Shown here: positions 24,751 to 38,570 of the stretch, in pieces | How the letters are laid out: each line of letters starts with the position of its first letter | Position numbering within the stretch: the stretch's first letter is position 1 | Assembly (NCBI RefSeq): GCF_006345805.1 | Contig: NC_043021.1 | Coordinates: 6,076,001-6,140,000 of the forward strand | Reading direction: 5' to 3' | Origin: Octopus sinensis | Taxonomy: Eukaryota | DNA: 64,000 bases | The notes under the pieces: generated by a model | What the model saw: only the letters and a program-made list of their open reading frames with translations | Told to the model about the DNA's origin: nothing | Databases searched by the model: none | Made by a program: the position numbers and the translations under genes

Positions 24751-27700
24751 GTGTTGCTGCTGTTTAAGTTCAGGTCAGAATTCAGCAAAAGCTGACCTTA
24801 AGCTAAAGGTGTTCCAGATACGACTGAAGGAATCTGATTGCTGTTTCGAACAGGTTGACTAACTAAATGAAGGCTCCGGTGATGTATCGCAGCGACCGTT
24901 GTAACAGTAGCAACGATAGTTTTTGTTATTATCGGCAGACCTAATCCAGCAAGGCTGCACTACACAGGTAGTTGGTTAGACGTTACCGTGTAATCCACAG
25001 TTTTATCTTCTTAATTGTACCTGCCTAGATGACAACAACAACACTGCACACGCTGATATGCAGTGATAAATCATTTGGGGTGCACTATGACAGTCTGAAC
25101 ATATTGCATCATTTTCACCAAAATCGAAATAGATCAACATCAATGGAATTTGTAGCTGTGATACCAGTACCAGTGGCATGTAAGAGAACCACCCGAACGT
25201 GGTTGTAGCCGGCGCCACCCTGACTGGCTTCCGTGCCGGTGGCATGTAAAAAGCACCATCCGACTGTGGCCGTTTGCCAGCCTCGTCTGACCTCTGTGCC
25301 GGTGGCATGTAAAAAGCACCATCTGACCGTGGCCATTGCCAGCTTCGTCCGGCCTCCGTGCCGGTGGCATGTAAAAAGCACCATCCGATCGTGGCCATTT
25401 GCCAGCCTCGTCTGGCACCTGTGCCAGTGGCACGTAAAAAGCACCCACTACGCTCATGGAGTGGTTGGCGTTAGGAAGGGCATCCAGCTGTAGAAACACT
25501 GCCAGATCAGACTGGAGCCTGGTGCAGCCTTCTGACTTCCCAGACCCCAGTTGAACCGTCCAACCCATGCTAGCATGGAAAGCAGACGTTAAACGTTGAT
25601 GATGATGATGATGATGATGATGCCCACAGATTCAAGTGGTTGTGTAGGCTCAGCCAGAGCATAACAGCTGCTGTACCCTTGCTACAACTCATAACTGATG
25701 GGGTGTACCCCTGAGCAGTACTTTGTGGTGGTGGTGGTGGGGTGGAGAAGGGTTTCTAGTGAGGCATATTGATATTGCAGCTATTCTTGCATCTATTCCT
25801 TATCCTTTTCAAGTGTTGAATAAGAGAGAGAGAGAGAGTGTTTCAGAGCACTGCAATGGTGCCCTGGAGTGTTATAAAAGTGTATCCACTGATGTAGTTA
25901 GAATGTGTAGCACTTGAAGCAGTCCCCCAGTTTGCTGTACCCTTCTGCCAGCAGCACCGGCCATTACAGACTTATACAACAGATCGAAAAGTGTTTCTCC
26001 TCATAAAAGTATTATCCAAGGTGGACCCAACCTTACCCGTCACCCTGTCTATATTATTGCATGTATCAGTGTTTGGAAGTGGTTTTTCTTGCTTTTGTTT
26101 TTTTGCAAGTAGTGACATGGACTGTGGAGTTGAAGTTTGCTACAACAACTGCCCTTTGCATGTCCAGGTAGTTTTCCATTTTTACTACTTTTGTTTCGTT
26201 CTGTAGATGATCTGTGGGTGTGGTCTGAGTACAATGATATATAGTCAGCTTTTTAGGGTGTCTTGTAGTTTATCGCTACAGGTTGATTGAAGCTTTGCAA
26301 GTGGATTTGGAAGACAGAAATTGAAAGAAACCTGTCATCATATAAACATTTATTATTATTTAATGTCCGCTTTCCATGCTGGCATGGGTTGGACGATTTG
26401 ACTGAGGACTGGTGAACCAGATGGCTGCATCAGGCTCCAATCTGATCTGGCAGAGTTTCTACAGCTGGATGTCCTTCCTAACGCCAACCACTCCAAGAGT
26501 GTAGTGGGTGCTTTTACATGCCACTGGCATGAGGGGCCAGTTAGGTGGTACTGGCAACGGCCACGTCCAAATGGTGCTTTTTACGTGCCACCTGCACAGG
26601 AGCCAGTCCAGCAGCACTGGCAGTGACCTTGCTTGAATATTTTTTCATGTGCCACCAGCACAAGTGCCAGTAAGGTGACCCTGGTAACAATCACGCTCGA
26701 ATGGTATATGTGAATGTGTGTACTTTTGTCTTGACATCACATGATGGTGCTAAAGAAGCATCACCGTCATACGAGCAAAGTTGTTCATTTCTGTCTTCTG
26801 TAAAAAATATGTCTGGTCATGGGGAAATACTACCTTGCTTGGAAACAGGTGAGGGTTGGTGACAGAAAAGACATCCAGCCATAGAAAATCCACCTCAACA
26901 AATTTGTTCCAACCCATGCAAGCATGGAAAAATTAATGTTATATAATGATGATGATGTGGAGAAATTTGGAGCACAGGTAGACCTGGAATAATTATTGAG
27001 AGATGAAACGTATTTTTAGAGTAGTATTGTTGTTGTCTCTTTTTGTTGGCCATATGTGGAACCTATGATTGTTCTAGGTATGTTTGTGTGTTGTTTGCCG
27101 AAAGCAGACCTCACCAATGCTGGTGCCATGTGAAAAGCATCCTGTAAAGTGGTTGGCATTTTGAAGGGCATTCAGCAAAGAGGCAGTGGCACCTGATACG
27201 GTCCTCTAACTTGCCAGCTCCTGTCAAGCCATCCAACCGATGCCAGCATGGAAAACAGACATTAAATGTTGATGATGATGTCTTCCAGTGAAGGCATATG
27301 ACCTAGTGGGTAGAGTGTTAGGCTCACAGTCATAAGCTCACGGTTTCAATTCCTGAACGAGACAGCCATTTCATTTCATGTTGCTCCCTCCAACCATCAC
27401 ATCCTGGATTTTTCTGCTGGGTCAAAGATAATGAGGTCAAACAGGTGTCTGTATCTGCTTGCGACTACATAGGAATTCAAAACCCGTAGTGAAAGCATGA
27501 CACACAGCACCAAGCCACACTCGTCCAGGAGTGACAGCTGGCCATGTTCTACTAATATGTTTTCGATGTTGTGAAAGAGTTGTAATTTAACTTCTAATAA
27601 TTTACTGTGTGGTTAAGAAGTTTGCCTTCAGGTTCAGTCCTACTGTGGTAACACCTTGGGCAAGTGTCGTCTACTGTAGTTCTGGGCAAAGCAAAGCCTT

Positions 27701-27769
27701 ATGAATGGCTTTGGTTGATATAAACTGAAAACTGAAAGAAGCCCTTCATAAACATATATTCATGTGTGT

Positions 27770-28545
27770 GTGTGTGTGTGTATATATGTATTTATGTATG
27801 TATATATATATAGGTGTGTATGTATATATATCTATATGTGTGCATGTATGTATATATGTATGTATGTGTGTGTGTATGTGTGTGTATGTATGTATGTAGG
27901 TATGTATGTATGTGTGTATGTATGTGTGTGTGTATATGTGTATATGTGTGTATGTATATATATAGGTGTGTATGTATATATATCTATATGTGTGCATGTA
28001 TGTATATATGTATGTATGTATGTGCATATGTGTGTATGTGTGTATGTAGGTATGTATGTATGTGTGTATGTATGTGTGTGTGTATATGTGTATATGTGTG
28101 TATGTATATATATAGGTGTGTATGTATATATATCTATATGTGTGCATGTATGTATATATGTATGTATGTGTGTGTGTATGTGTGTGTATGTGTGTATGTA
28201 GGTATGTATGTATGTGTGTATGTATGTGTGTGTGTATATGTGTATATGTGTGTATGTATATATATAGGTGTGTATGTATATATATCTATATGTGTGCATG
28301 TATGTATATATGTATGTATGTGTGTGTGTATGTGTGTGTATGTGTGTATGTAGGTATGTATGTATGTGTGTATGTATGTGTGTGTGTATATGTGTATATG
28401 TGTGTATGTATATATATAGGTGTGTATGTATATATATCTATATGTGTGCATGTATGTATATATGTATGTATGTATGTGCATATGTGTGTGTATGTATGTA
28501 TGTAGGTATGTATGTATGTGTGTGTGTATATGTGTATATGTATGT
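27770..28545. repeat. About 152-bp unit satellite made of alternating purine-pyrimidine microsatellites, about 5 copies
   Basis: Anchor ATATATAGGTGTGTATGTATATATATCTATATG recurs; identical ORF starts at 28116, 28268 and 28420 give the 152-bp period. Confidence 0.88.
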
Positions 28546-29429
28546 ATGTATGAGTTTGTGTATGTTTTTGCTTTTTTGTTTTTTTTGTGTGTGAGGTCTG
28601 TACATGAACACAATTCATTTTCAACATTCTGTGAAAACATGAATCATGTCTGGCCATGGGGAAAAAAATAATAAACCTTGCTAGGAAACAAGTCATACCT
28701 GGTGACAGGAAGGGCATCCAAGCCATAAAAAAAATCTACCCCAGTAAACTCTACCCAACCAATGCAAGCATGGAATAGAAGGAGATGTTAATATGATGAT
28801 GATGATGATGATGATGGTGGTGATGGTGATGGTGATGATGATGATGCTGATAATGATGATGATGATGCTGATTAGGTATATGGAGTATGTGGTATGCTTA
28901 TATTATTGAATGTGATGGCTGGTTGTATTTGATGTGATGTTTTCCAGTGTTCCTGGCCAGAGAGGGGACAGTGGATCTACTAGGTGATACCTATTTCTTT
29001 ACTACCCACAAGGGGCTAAACACAGAGGGAACAAACAAGGACAGACATAGGTATTAAGTCGATTACATCGACCCCAGTGCGTAACTGGTACTTAATTTAT
29101 CGACCCCGAAAGGATGAAAGGCAAAGTCGACCTCGGCAGAATTTGAACTCACAACATAACGGCAGACGAAATACCTATTTTTTTACTGCCCACAAGGGGT
29201 TAAACACAGATGGGACAAACAAGGACAGACATAGGTATTAAGTCGATTACATCGACCCCAGTGCGTAACTGGTACGTAATTTATCGACCCCGAAAGGACG
29301 AAAGGCAAAGTCGACCTCGGCAGAATTTGAACTCAGAACGTAACGGCAGACGAAATACCGCTAAGCATTTCGTCCGACGTGGTAACGTTTCTGCCAGCTC
29401 GCCACCTAAGTCAATCATTGTACAGTGAG

Positions 29430-29900
29430 GCTTCTAGGTGATTGAGGTGGGTTTGGAGTAGCTGAACAGTTGTAGCTGAAAGATAGCGGAGGGATATGAG
29501 CATCTTGTCATCTGCATATGAGGCTGCATGTATGTTTTGAGTATGTGTCAGAAGGGTGTGTAGATATAAGATATAAGAAGAAAACAGTGGATGAGAGGAG
29601 GATATTCTTGTGGTGAAGAATTTGGCAAATTGCAACTTCTTGGAAGTGTTGTTGTTCTGTGAACTGTATAGGCGACCTGACACATTGCTGGCCAGTTTTT
29701 AGTGTTGTTCCTTAAGAGGGTGCTGAGTGTATTTTCCATGAATGGATGGATGGTAAAGAAGAGAGTCCATGATGGAGCAATGCATGTGGGAGGTTTGTTG
29801 TTGTTGAAGTTATCCTGTATTTTCTGTTAGGTTCAAGAATAGTGTTACTGGTTGAATGTAGTAATCTGAATCTGTGTTGTAATTTTGTGTAGTGGTGGTG
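29430..29900 (-). pseudogene. Jockey/I-like LINE reverse transcriptase remnant
   Basis: Minus-strand PQEYPPLIHCF...ASYADDKMLISL...LQTHLNHLE (QG and YADD motifs). A possible APE endonuclease remnant of the same element (CWNAHH) lies at about 32000-32420. Confidence 0.62.
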
Positions 29901-30117
29901 GTGGTGGGGGTTGTGCATGGGATAGGTATATATATAAGATTACTCTTTCGAGAATTTTTGGGAATAGTTGTGTCGTTAAGAATCCCACTTTGTAATTAGA
30001 GATTTCGGATTCAGTCCCACTGCATGGCACCTTGGGCAAGTGTCTTCTACTTTAGCTCCTGGCTGACCAATGCCATATGATGGAAACCCATCATCATGTG
30101 TATGTATGTATGTATGA

Positions 30118-30150
<33 letters not shown>

Positions 30151-30166
30151 TGTATGTATGTATGTA

Positions 30167-30217
<51 letters not shown>

Positions 30218-30230
30218 ATACACATATTTT

Positions 30231-30301
<71 letters not shown>

Positions 30302-32509
30302 CACACAAGGCACAAATAATGGTCATAACATATTTTCCCTTACTGTAGTATATTTGACTTACAGGTGTTTCCTGTAGTCATCTTGGTACAAGTTATTGTT
30401 AAATTTTTAGATGTATGTTTGTGGTTTTTGTCTCACCCTGATACTTTAGGGAATTTAGTTTCTATATTGCCTGGGAGTGGGGAAGGGCTGAAAGTAGAGA
30501 GGGGTCAAAATAATGCTGCTGGTTGTGGTAGTGATGGTGATGGTGGTGGTGGTGTGATAATGGTGTAGAGTTGGCAGTGATGGTGTCTTAATAGTTGTCG
30601 TTGTCGTGTAGCCGCATATATTCAACTTGGTTGTATAGTCCTATGTCACACAAGTAGTCAACAGAATGACATGATGTGACTCACAGATCCAGTTTTCTCA
30701 GTGAGACTTGTCTCTGCCTAGCTAAGGATACAGCACACTCTGACATGCAGTGATGAATCATATAGAAGCAGGTACAGTATAACCGACTAGATATACTGTA
30801 TTATCTTCACAGCTTGGTCTGTTCCTGCACTAATGCACACTCCAACATGCAGTGGTAAGTCATAAGGCGGCGAGCTGGCAGAATCGTTAGCGCGCCGGGC
30901 GAAATGCTAAGCAGTATTTCGTCTGCCATTACGTTGTGAGTTCAAATTCCGCCGAGGTCGACTTTGCCTTTCATCCTTTCGGGGTCGATAAATTAAGCAC
31001 CAGTTACGCACTGGGGTCGATGTAATCGACTTAATACCTATGTCTGTCCTTGTTTGTCCCCTCTATGTTTAGCCCCTTGTGGGTAATAAAGAAATAGGTA
31101 AGTCATATGGGGGTCAACTGTGACATATTGGACTCTCGTCTCTGTCCACTCTTTCTGCACTCCTAAAGGTGCTCCACACTCCAGCAAGCAGTGATGAATG
31201 ACAGGATACACTGTGACATTCAGGACATAAGTGGACACATTATTGTCCAGTCTGGTTTTTGTGCTCCTGTAAACATTGCATACATTGATGAGTAGTGATA
31301 AATCATGTTGAGTTCAGCCTAACAGTCTAGAGACATGGCACTCCCTATACTGTCTCTCTCCAGCTCTTCTACACTGCCCTTGGCCTGAATAGCCACCTCA
31401 GACACCAGCACCAGTCACACCCATCAGTATGAAGAGGCTCAATCATTTTCTATGGATTAACGACCCAAAACACCATCCGATCGTGGCCATTTGCCAGCCT
31501 TGTCTGGCACCTGTGCAGGTGGCACATAAAAAGCACCCACTACACTCACGGAGTGGTTGGCATTAGGAAGGGCATCCAGCTGTAGAAACACTGCCAGATC
31601 AGACTGGAGCCTGGCGCAGCCTTCTGGCTTCCCAGACCCCAGTTGAACCGTCCAGCCCATGCTAGCATGGAAAGCGGATGCTAAATGATGATGATGATGA
31701 TGACTGCTGCCACCAACTGTCCAATGTATTCTTGTACCCTAAGGTGGTAAGCTGGTAGATTCTTTAGCACACCGAGCCTTAATGTTTAGCAGCATTTCCA
31801 TTCATCTTTACGTTCTGAGTTCAAGTTCCACCAAGGTTGACTTTGCCTTTCACCTTTCCGCGGTTGATAAAGAAAATAAACCAGCTGAACACAGGGGTCA
31901 ACGTAATCAACTTAACCCATCCCCCAAACTTGTTTGTTGCTCTCGTGCCATAATTTGAAATCAATATATTCTTGTACCCTTGAATATTTTTGCGGCGAAC
32001 ACAGCAAATGTGGACAGGGTGGAATTGGTTAGCATGTGACAGTTGCTATTCTTTTGCACTTATTCTTGGTGGTGTGCATTCCAGCATGGTGCTTGGACCA
32101 GTGAGGCCATCTATGTTGCAGCTATTACTGTGCATGTCCAATATGAGCGGGAGAGATAGTGTTTTTTTTAGGATAGTATTGAAGTAATGTTCTGGGTATG
32201 TTTCTGGGTATGTGCCTGGGGATGCTTCAGAATATTCTGAGTGGGCACTTATTTGTAATAATACAAAAGTGGGGGTTTCGAAATAAGTGTATCACTGTAA
32301 ATCCGAGCGGGCACCGTTAAATAGTAAGGGGCAGCGCAATCCAGTGCAGCCCCTTAGTGATGGGCATGGTATGTGTATCAGTATTCAGAAGTGGGGGTTT
32401 TTTTTTCATTTAGTGATACTGACTGTGGGACTTACACCTGGCAATGGCAACAAATTGTGACCTCCTCTCATGACAAAATGGTGTTTCAGCTTTAATATTT
32501 TTGTTTCAT

Positions 32510-33010
32510 TGAAGGTGGAAAGCAGGCAGAATCGTTAGCATGCTGGGCGAAATGCTTAGCGGTATTTCGTCTGCCGTTATGTTCTGAGTTCAAATTCCAC
32601 CGAGGTCCACTTTGCCTTTCATCCTTTCGGGGTCGATAAATTAAGTACCAGTTACGCACTGGGGTCGATGTAATCGACTTAATCTGTTTGTCTGTTCTCT
32701 CTGTGTTTAGCCCCTTGTGGGCAATAAAGAAATAAGAAACATTAGCACACCCTGAGTTCAAATTAGCATGCTCTGAGTTCAAATTCCGCTGAGGTCCACT
32801 TTGCCTTTCATCCTTTCGGGGTCGATAAATTAAGTACCAGTTACGCACTGGGATCAATGTAATCGACTTAATCTGTTTGTCTGTCCTCTCTGTGTTTAGC
32901 CCCTTGTGGGCAATAAAGAAATAAGAAACATTAGCACACCCTGAGTTCAAATTAGCATGCTCTGAGTTCAAATTCCGCTGAGGTCGACTTTGCCTTTCAT
33001 CCTTTCAGGG
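32510..33010 (+). mobile_element. SINE family B tandem array (about 2.5 units)
   Basis: Body repeated with the junction AAACATTAGCACACCCTGAGTTCAAATTAGCATGCTCTGAGTTCAAATTCC. Confidence 0.8.
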
Positions 33011-34124
33011 TTAATAAGATGAGTTCCAGTTGAACATTGGGGTCGATGATATTGACACATCCCTCTCTCCGAAATTGCTGGTCTGGTGCCAAAATTTGAA
33101 ACCAATATTTTTGTTTCATTGCATTGCAGAGTGCTGTCTGAGTCCAACTTGTTATGATGCAGAGTGTGCCGTTTTGTATTCTTGTTTTTTATATATATTT
33201 CTTTACTACCCACAAGGGGCTAAACATAGAGGGGACAAACAAGGACAGACAAAGGGATTAAGTCAATTACAGCGACCCCAGTGCGAAACTGGTACTTTAT
33301 TTATCGACCCCGAAAGGATGAAAGGCAAAGTCGACCTCGGCGGAATTCAAACTCAGAACGTAACGACAGACGAAATACCGCTAAGCATTTCGCCCTGCGC
33401 GCTAACGTTTCTGTCAGCTCGCGGCCTTGTTTTTTATATATGTGTGTTTATGGTGGTTTGTTATGAAGGGATCTGGAACCCTTGATTAGCAAAGCCCAGG
33501 TTGGATCGAATGCATAGCTTGCACTACAGTTATTGTTTTTTTCCAAGACTGCATGGGGAGTTGTTAGTGATGGGGGTGTTGTTGATGTTGATGGTGATAG
33601 TGTGTTTGTGATGGTGTGCTCTTGATGAAAATGATAGTGTTGTTGATGATGACTGACACTGCATCAGTGTTGTTGGTGATGGTTATATTGGCTGTGATGG
33701 TGATGTACTGATAGTGCGTTGATGAAGGTGAGTTGATAGCTGTAGCGGTTGTATAACCTCAGGTCATTCTGATCCAACAGTCCCGTGTCACAACCCACCC
33801 CGCCAGTCTTGTCTTCCCAGTAATACCATGTCTCCACCCTAATGAGGACCGCATGACACACTCCAATACACTATAACGAATCAGATGAGTGCAATGTGAC
33901 ACTTTCACTTGTCCACACTATCTCTGGTGGTGGTCACAGTCAGGTAAAACACAGAGAGACTCTGTCATTAGAGGAGAAGGGCGGCGGTGTTGTGTTGACA
34001 GTGGTGTCAACGGTGGTGTTGGTCTTGATGTCAGCGTAAAGAAGAGGGGGGGAGTCGTGTTCGTAGGTGGAGGATATGGAGATAATTGAGGAGTAAAAGT
34101 GATGATGGCCTTAGTAGAGGATAA

Positions 34125-34973
34125 GTGTGGTGGCTGAACAAAAGGTGTTCACGGTTGGATGACAAGGAGATAACACAGTGGTGTGGTGGCTGAACAAAAG
34201 GTGTTCACGGTTGGATGACAAGGAGATAACACAGTGGTGTGGTGGCTGAACAAAAGGTGTTCACGGTTGGATGACAAGGAGATAACACAGTGGTGTGGTG
34301 GCTGAACAAAAGGTGTTCATGGTTGGATGACAAGGAGATAGCACAGTGGTGTGGTGGCTGAACAAAAGGTGTTCACGGTTGGAGGACAAGGAGATAACAC
34401 AGTGGTGTTGGTGGCTGAACAAAAGGTGTTCACGGTTGGATGACAAGGAGATAACACAGTGGTGTTGGTGGCTGAACAAAAGGTGTTCACAGTTGGATGA
34501 CAAGGAGATAGCACAGTGGTGTTGGTGGTTGAACAAAAGGTGTTCACGGTTGGATGACAAGGAGATAACACAGTGGTGTTGGTGGCTGAACAAAAGGTGT
34601 TCACGGTTGGATGACAAGGAGATAGCACAGTGGTGTTGGTGGCTGAACAAAAGGTGTTCACGGTTGGAGGACAAGGAGATAGCACAGTGGTGTGGTGGCT
34701 GAACAAAAGGTGTTCACGGTTGGAGGACAAGGAGATAACACAGTGGTGTTGGTGGCTGAACAAAAGGTGTTCACGGTTGGATGACAAGGAGATAACACAG
34801 TGGTGTTGGTGGCTGAACAAAAGGTGTTCACAGTTGGATGACAAGGAGATAGCACAGTGGTGTTGGTGGCTGAACAAAAGGTGTTCACGGTTGGAGGACA
34901 AGGAGATAGCACAGTGGTGTTGGTGGCTGAACAAAAGGTGTTCACGGTTGGAGGACAAGGAGATAGCACAGTG
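34125..34973. repeat. 56/57-bp minisatellite, about 15 copies
   Basis: Unit GTGGTGT(T)GGTGGCTGAACAAAAGGTGTTCACGGTTGGATGACAAGGAGATAACACA, with no unique spacers. Confidence 0.93.
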
Positions 34974-35348
34974 GACAGAAATGTAACGAATTGGAACAGG
35001 TGGCGGTGTTGATGGCGGAAGGTAATGGTGTAGGCTACGGTGGTGATATTAGTTATGGTAGTCGCTAGCGAGAAGATATCACCTCATCTTTTTTTATCAC
35101 TACCTTGTTACTAGGTTTGTACACGTCGTCAGAACTTTAAATGCTCTTAACACACGTAGATATACATACATACATACATACATATATTACTTACATAACA
35201 CGCATATTATACATCTCTCTCTCTCTCTCCCTCTCACACATACACCCACACACATATATATACATTACAAACACATCACCGAGACATATACAACACACGG
35301 TTTTTTGTTGTTACATTTACGTAGATTTGTTACAAGTTCAATCCTTAC

Positions 35349-35629
35349 CTTCAGCAGTCATTGGGGCGGGGGATGTTCTCTCGCCTCGCTTTTTATATAT
35401 TTCACAGAGACATAAACACTTGTTGTCATCGTTGTTGACGGTGCTATATTTTATATATATTTACACTGACATTACGTTTATGTTGTTGTTGTTGTATATT
35501 TGTGTTGTTGCAGTTGTTATTGCTATTATTACAGATGTGTCACGTGTTTGGTCTCTGGAATATTAATGCACCATTGATGTGTTGGACAGGTTACTGTTGT
35601 TGTTACTACTGTTGCTGCTGCTGCTGCCG
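35349..35629 (-). CDS. Candidate start-codon exon of the unidentified gene (mostly 5' UTR; CDS 35349-35361 = MTAE + phase 1)
   Basis: Strong acceptor (TCTTGTCTTTCTGTCTGCCTCAG|) and donor (GAAG|GTAAGG). The last 13 nt ATG ACT GCT GAA G match the phase-1 acceptor at 18153. Inference only. Confidence 0.42.
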
Positions 35630-35739
35630 CTGAGGCAGACAGAAAGACAAGATATGGGAAAAATGATGAATGCATGTGCGTGCGCGCGTGCTTACACACA
35701 CACACATACATACATATATGTACGTACTTATATATATGA

Positions 35740-35829
35740 TGATAGATAGATAGATAGCTAGATAGATAGACTGATAGACAGATAGATAGACTGATAGACT
35801 GATAGACAGACAGATAGATAGATAGATAA

Positions 35830-35867
<38 letters not shown>

Positions 35868-35906
35868 CGGTAGGTAGATAGATAGATAGATAGATAGATC
35901 GGTAGG

Positions 35907-35979
<73 letters not shown>

Positions 35980-35986
35980 CGGTAGG

Positions 35987-36019
<33 letters not shown>

Positions 36020-36063
36020 CGGTAGGTAGATAGATAGATAGACTGATAGATAGATAGATAGAT

Positions 36064-36129
<66 letters not shown>

Positions 36130-36360
36130 CTGGCTGATAGCTAGCAAGCTAGACAGATGAATAAGAAAGACAGACAGAGTCAGAGATAGATGGATAGATG
36201 GACAGTTGAAAAGGACAGACAGAAAGATAGATAGAGTAAGAGAGATAGATGGATAGACAGACAGATAGACGGATAAACAGTCAGGTAGATGGACAGAGAC
36301 AGTCAAGATAGATATATAGGCGAACAGATTATATAGATAGGTAAATAGATAAACAAACAG
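35740..36360. repeat. (GATA)n/(GACA)n microsatellite
   Basis: Direct reading. Confidence 0.93.
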
Positions 36361-36859
36361 ACCGACAGACAAGAGAGGCAGACGAGATTATTTTTGATGA
36401 TGCTTTTCTTGCAGTTGTGGTAATTGTCAGTTAATATTCCATGTGAAGTAGTTTCGATTCTCTCACGGAACACCGTTTAAAATGATCCCACGATGGATGG
36501 AAGTTGTTGTAAGATGGTGTTGTTTTGTTATTATCTGAGTAATAAACCTGATGGTTTAGCCATTGTCTGTCTCCATTCTAAGATATCCTTCCGTAAGGTT
36601 CTTCGGTGACAGTTGCCGAAAGAAACCGTCTGTCTTTTCTGAATAAGAAAATACACACCAACAAATGGTGTTCGTATTTAGTGGGATGGAGAAAGAAAGA
36701 GATAGGGATGAAGATAGATGGATGGATAGAGTAAGACCAAGTTGAATGAGGTATATATAATTATACACACGCACACTCACAGTCAGAGTGGAAAAGATGT
36801 GGATAGAAAGGTAGATGTACCAATAGAGTTTGAATGAAATATAGAAAGAGAGAGGGAGA

Positions 36860-36907
<48 letters not shown>

Positions 36908-38098
36908 GAGAGAGAGAATGACAGGTGTGGAAAGATAAAGATAAATAGAATGGGTGTATGAGAGAGGCTGACAGATGTATAATAAAGCCTGACGAAGTCA
37001 GATTAATTGGGGAGAATGGGAGGGACTAAAAGTGGGAGTTGGAGTGGAAGAGACAGGTGATAGAATAGGCTGAAAGAGAGAGGGGGTAAGAAAGGAGAGA
37101 CAGACAGAAAAGGAGAGTAACAGTAGTAGGATATGACCACAACGTGGGCGGAGGGAGAGTCAGGGGAGTGGGAGAAAACGAGGGTCAGGAGAGAGAGAGG
37201 GGAAAGGGAGAGTGAACAAGAGAGCGCGGGTTTGTGAGCATTTTAGAGTGAGAGAGGGGATGAGAAAGAAGTAGTGTTAGTAGTAGTAGTAGTAGTAATA
37301 GTAGTAGTAGTAGTAGTAGTAGTAGTAAGAAACGACGTCAATATTGTGGGCGGAAGGGAAAAAATGGGAGATAGGAATACAGTGTGTTTTGGGCGAAAGA
37401 GAAAGTGAAAGTAGAAAAGATGAGAAAGAAGAGAAAGAAATAACAAAGACTAGTAGTAGGTAGAGGAGGGGGGATAGTTAATGTGTAACAGCGGAGGGGA
37501 AGAGGAAAGTGAAAGAGAGAAGAATGACAAAGAGTTGCGACAGCAGGAAACACTGTTAGTATAAGCGTAGGTGGGGGAAGGTGAAAAGAGAAGGAGAAAA
37601 TGTATTGCGGGATACGAACGTGATAGACGGATAGATCAGAGGGTGGAAGTACAACCGCCGAGGGAGGCGGGAAAGAATGTGGGTGGTGTGAAAGAAGCGG
37701 TAGGAGGAGGAATATTAGCTGATAGAAAACAGAAAGCGAGGGGGGGAGAATTAAAATGACCGAAAATAGGCTTGAGTAGGAGGATCGTCGAAAGTGAAAC
37801 TAGAATGAATGAAGGAAGAGAGAAATAATAGAATAGAGATCGAGGAAAGAGGGTGGGTGGTTTATTTTCAGGTTTACGATAGAGAGAGAAAGAGACAAAG
37901 GAATGGATAGGGGAAGACAGAAGGAAGGAGGCTTGGTGGATGAGGAGGATAATGGCGTGTCGAGATAGGGAAAATAAAATAGAGAGGAAGAAAGAATAAA
38001 AGGAAGGAGGAATATTTTCTGACAAAATTGAAGAAATTAAAAGAACGAAGGACAAAAACTAAGATGGAGAAAAGGAAAGAAGAGGTCTGAGAGAGAGG

Positions 38099-38152
<54 letters not shown>

Positions 38153-38187
38153 TTAGGACAGAACGCGAGAAATAAATTGAAAGAAAG

Positions 38188-38241
<54 letters not shown>

Positions 38242-38479
38242 TGTGAATTTACTACTGTAAGAAGGATGAAAAAGAAAGAAGAGGTGAAGCAAAACAAGCG
38301 GAGAGAGGTGAAAGGATGAGATAGTAAGAGTGAGTAGCAGTAGATAGATAGATAGATAGATAATTAGAAGCAATGTGAGTGGGAGAGAGAGAGGTTGAGA
38401 GGGGAAGAGTTGAAAGAGAAAGAAAGCGATGAAAAAGAAGTGGGAGAAATAAAAAAAGACGGAAACGGAGTGGGTGGTT

Positions 38480-38570
38480 TGAGAGATGACGTAACTAATT
38501 GGATAAAGTTGGTTGCTGGTTGCTATTAGCAACCACTGAGTAAGTCTGCGCATTGTAAATCGATTGGTTT
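38480..38570 (-). promoter_or_regulatory. Candidate promoter of the unidentified minus-strand gene: CRE-like site, two CCAAT boxes, RFX X-box
   Basis: TGACGTA 38487-38493; ATTGG (CCAAT on minus) 38498-38502 and 38563-38567; palindrome GTTGCTATTAGCAAC 38519-38533; TGCGCA 38547-38552; local CpG retention. Confidence 0.45.

Noticed and set aside
24080-24788. Poly-Gly and poly-His ORFs
   Set aside because: These are trinucleotide-repeat readings without credible starts or phase-compatible splice sites.
27746-28726. Many YI/HT/CV-repeat ORFs (also 13.5-16.4, 23.2-23.9, 30.0-30.4 and 47.4-47.8 kb)
   Set aside because: They are dinucleotide microsatellite artefacts.
33540-34120. Complex sequence with short ORFs (33664-33861, 33889-34089)
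   Set aside because: All frames hit stops within about 65 codons, with no recognisable motif or paired splice sites.
34125-34973. Regular 56/57-bp repeats resembling a CRISPR array or a mucin-like ORF
   Set aside because: There are no unique spacers or cas genes and the context is eukaryotic. The 56-bp units break the 19-aa frame.
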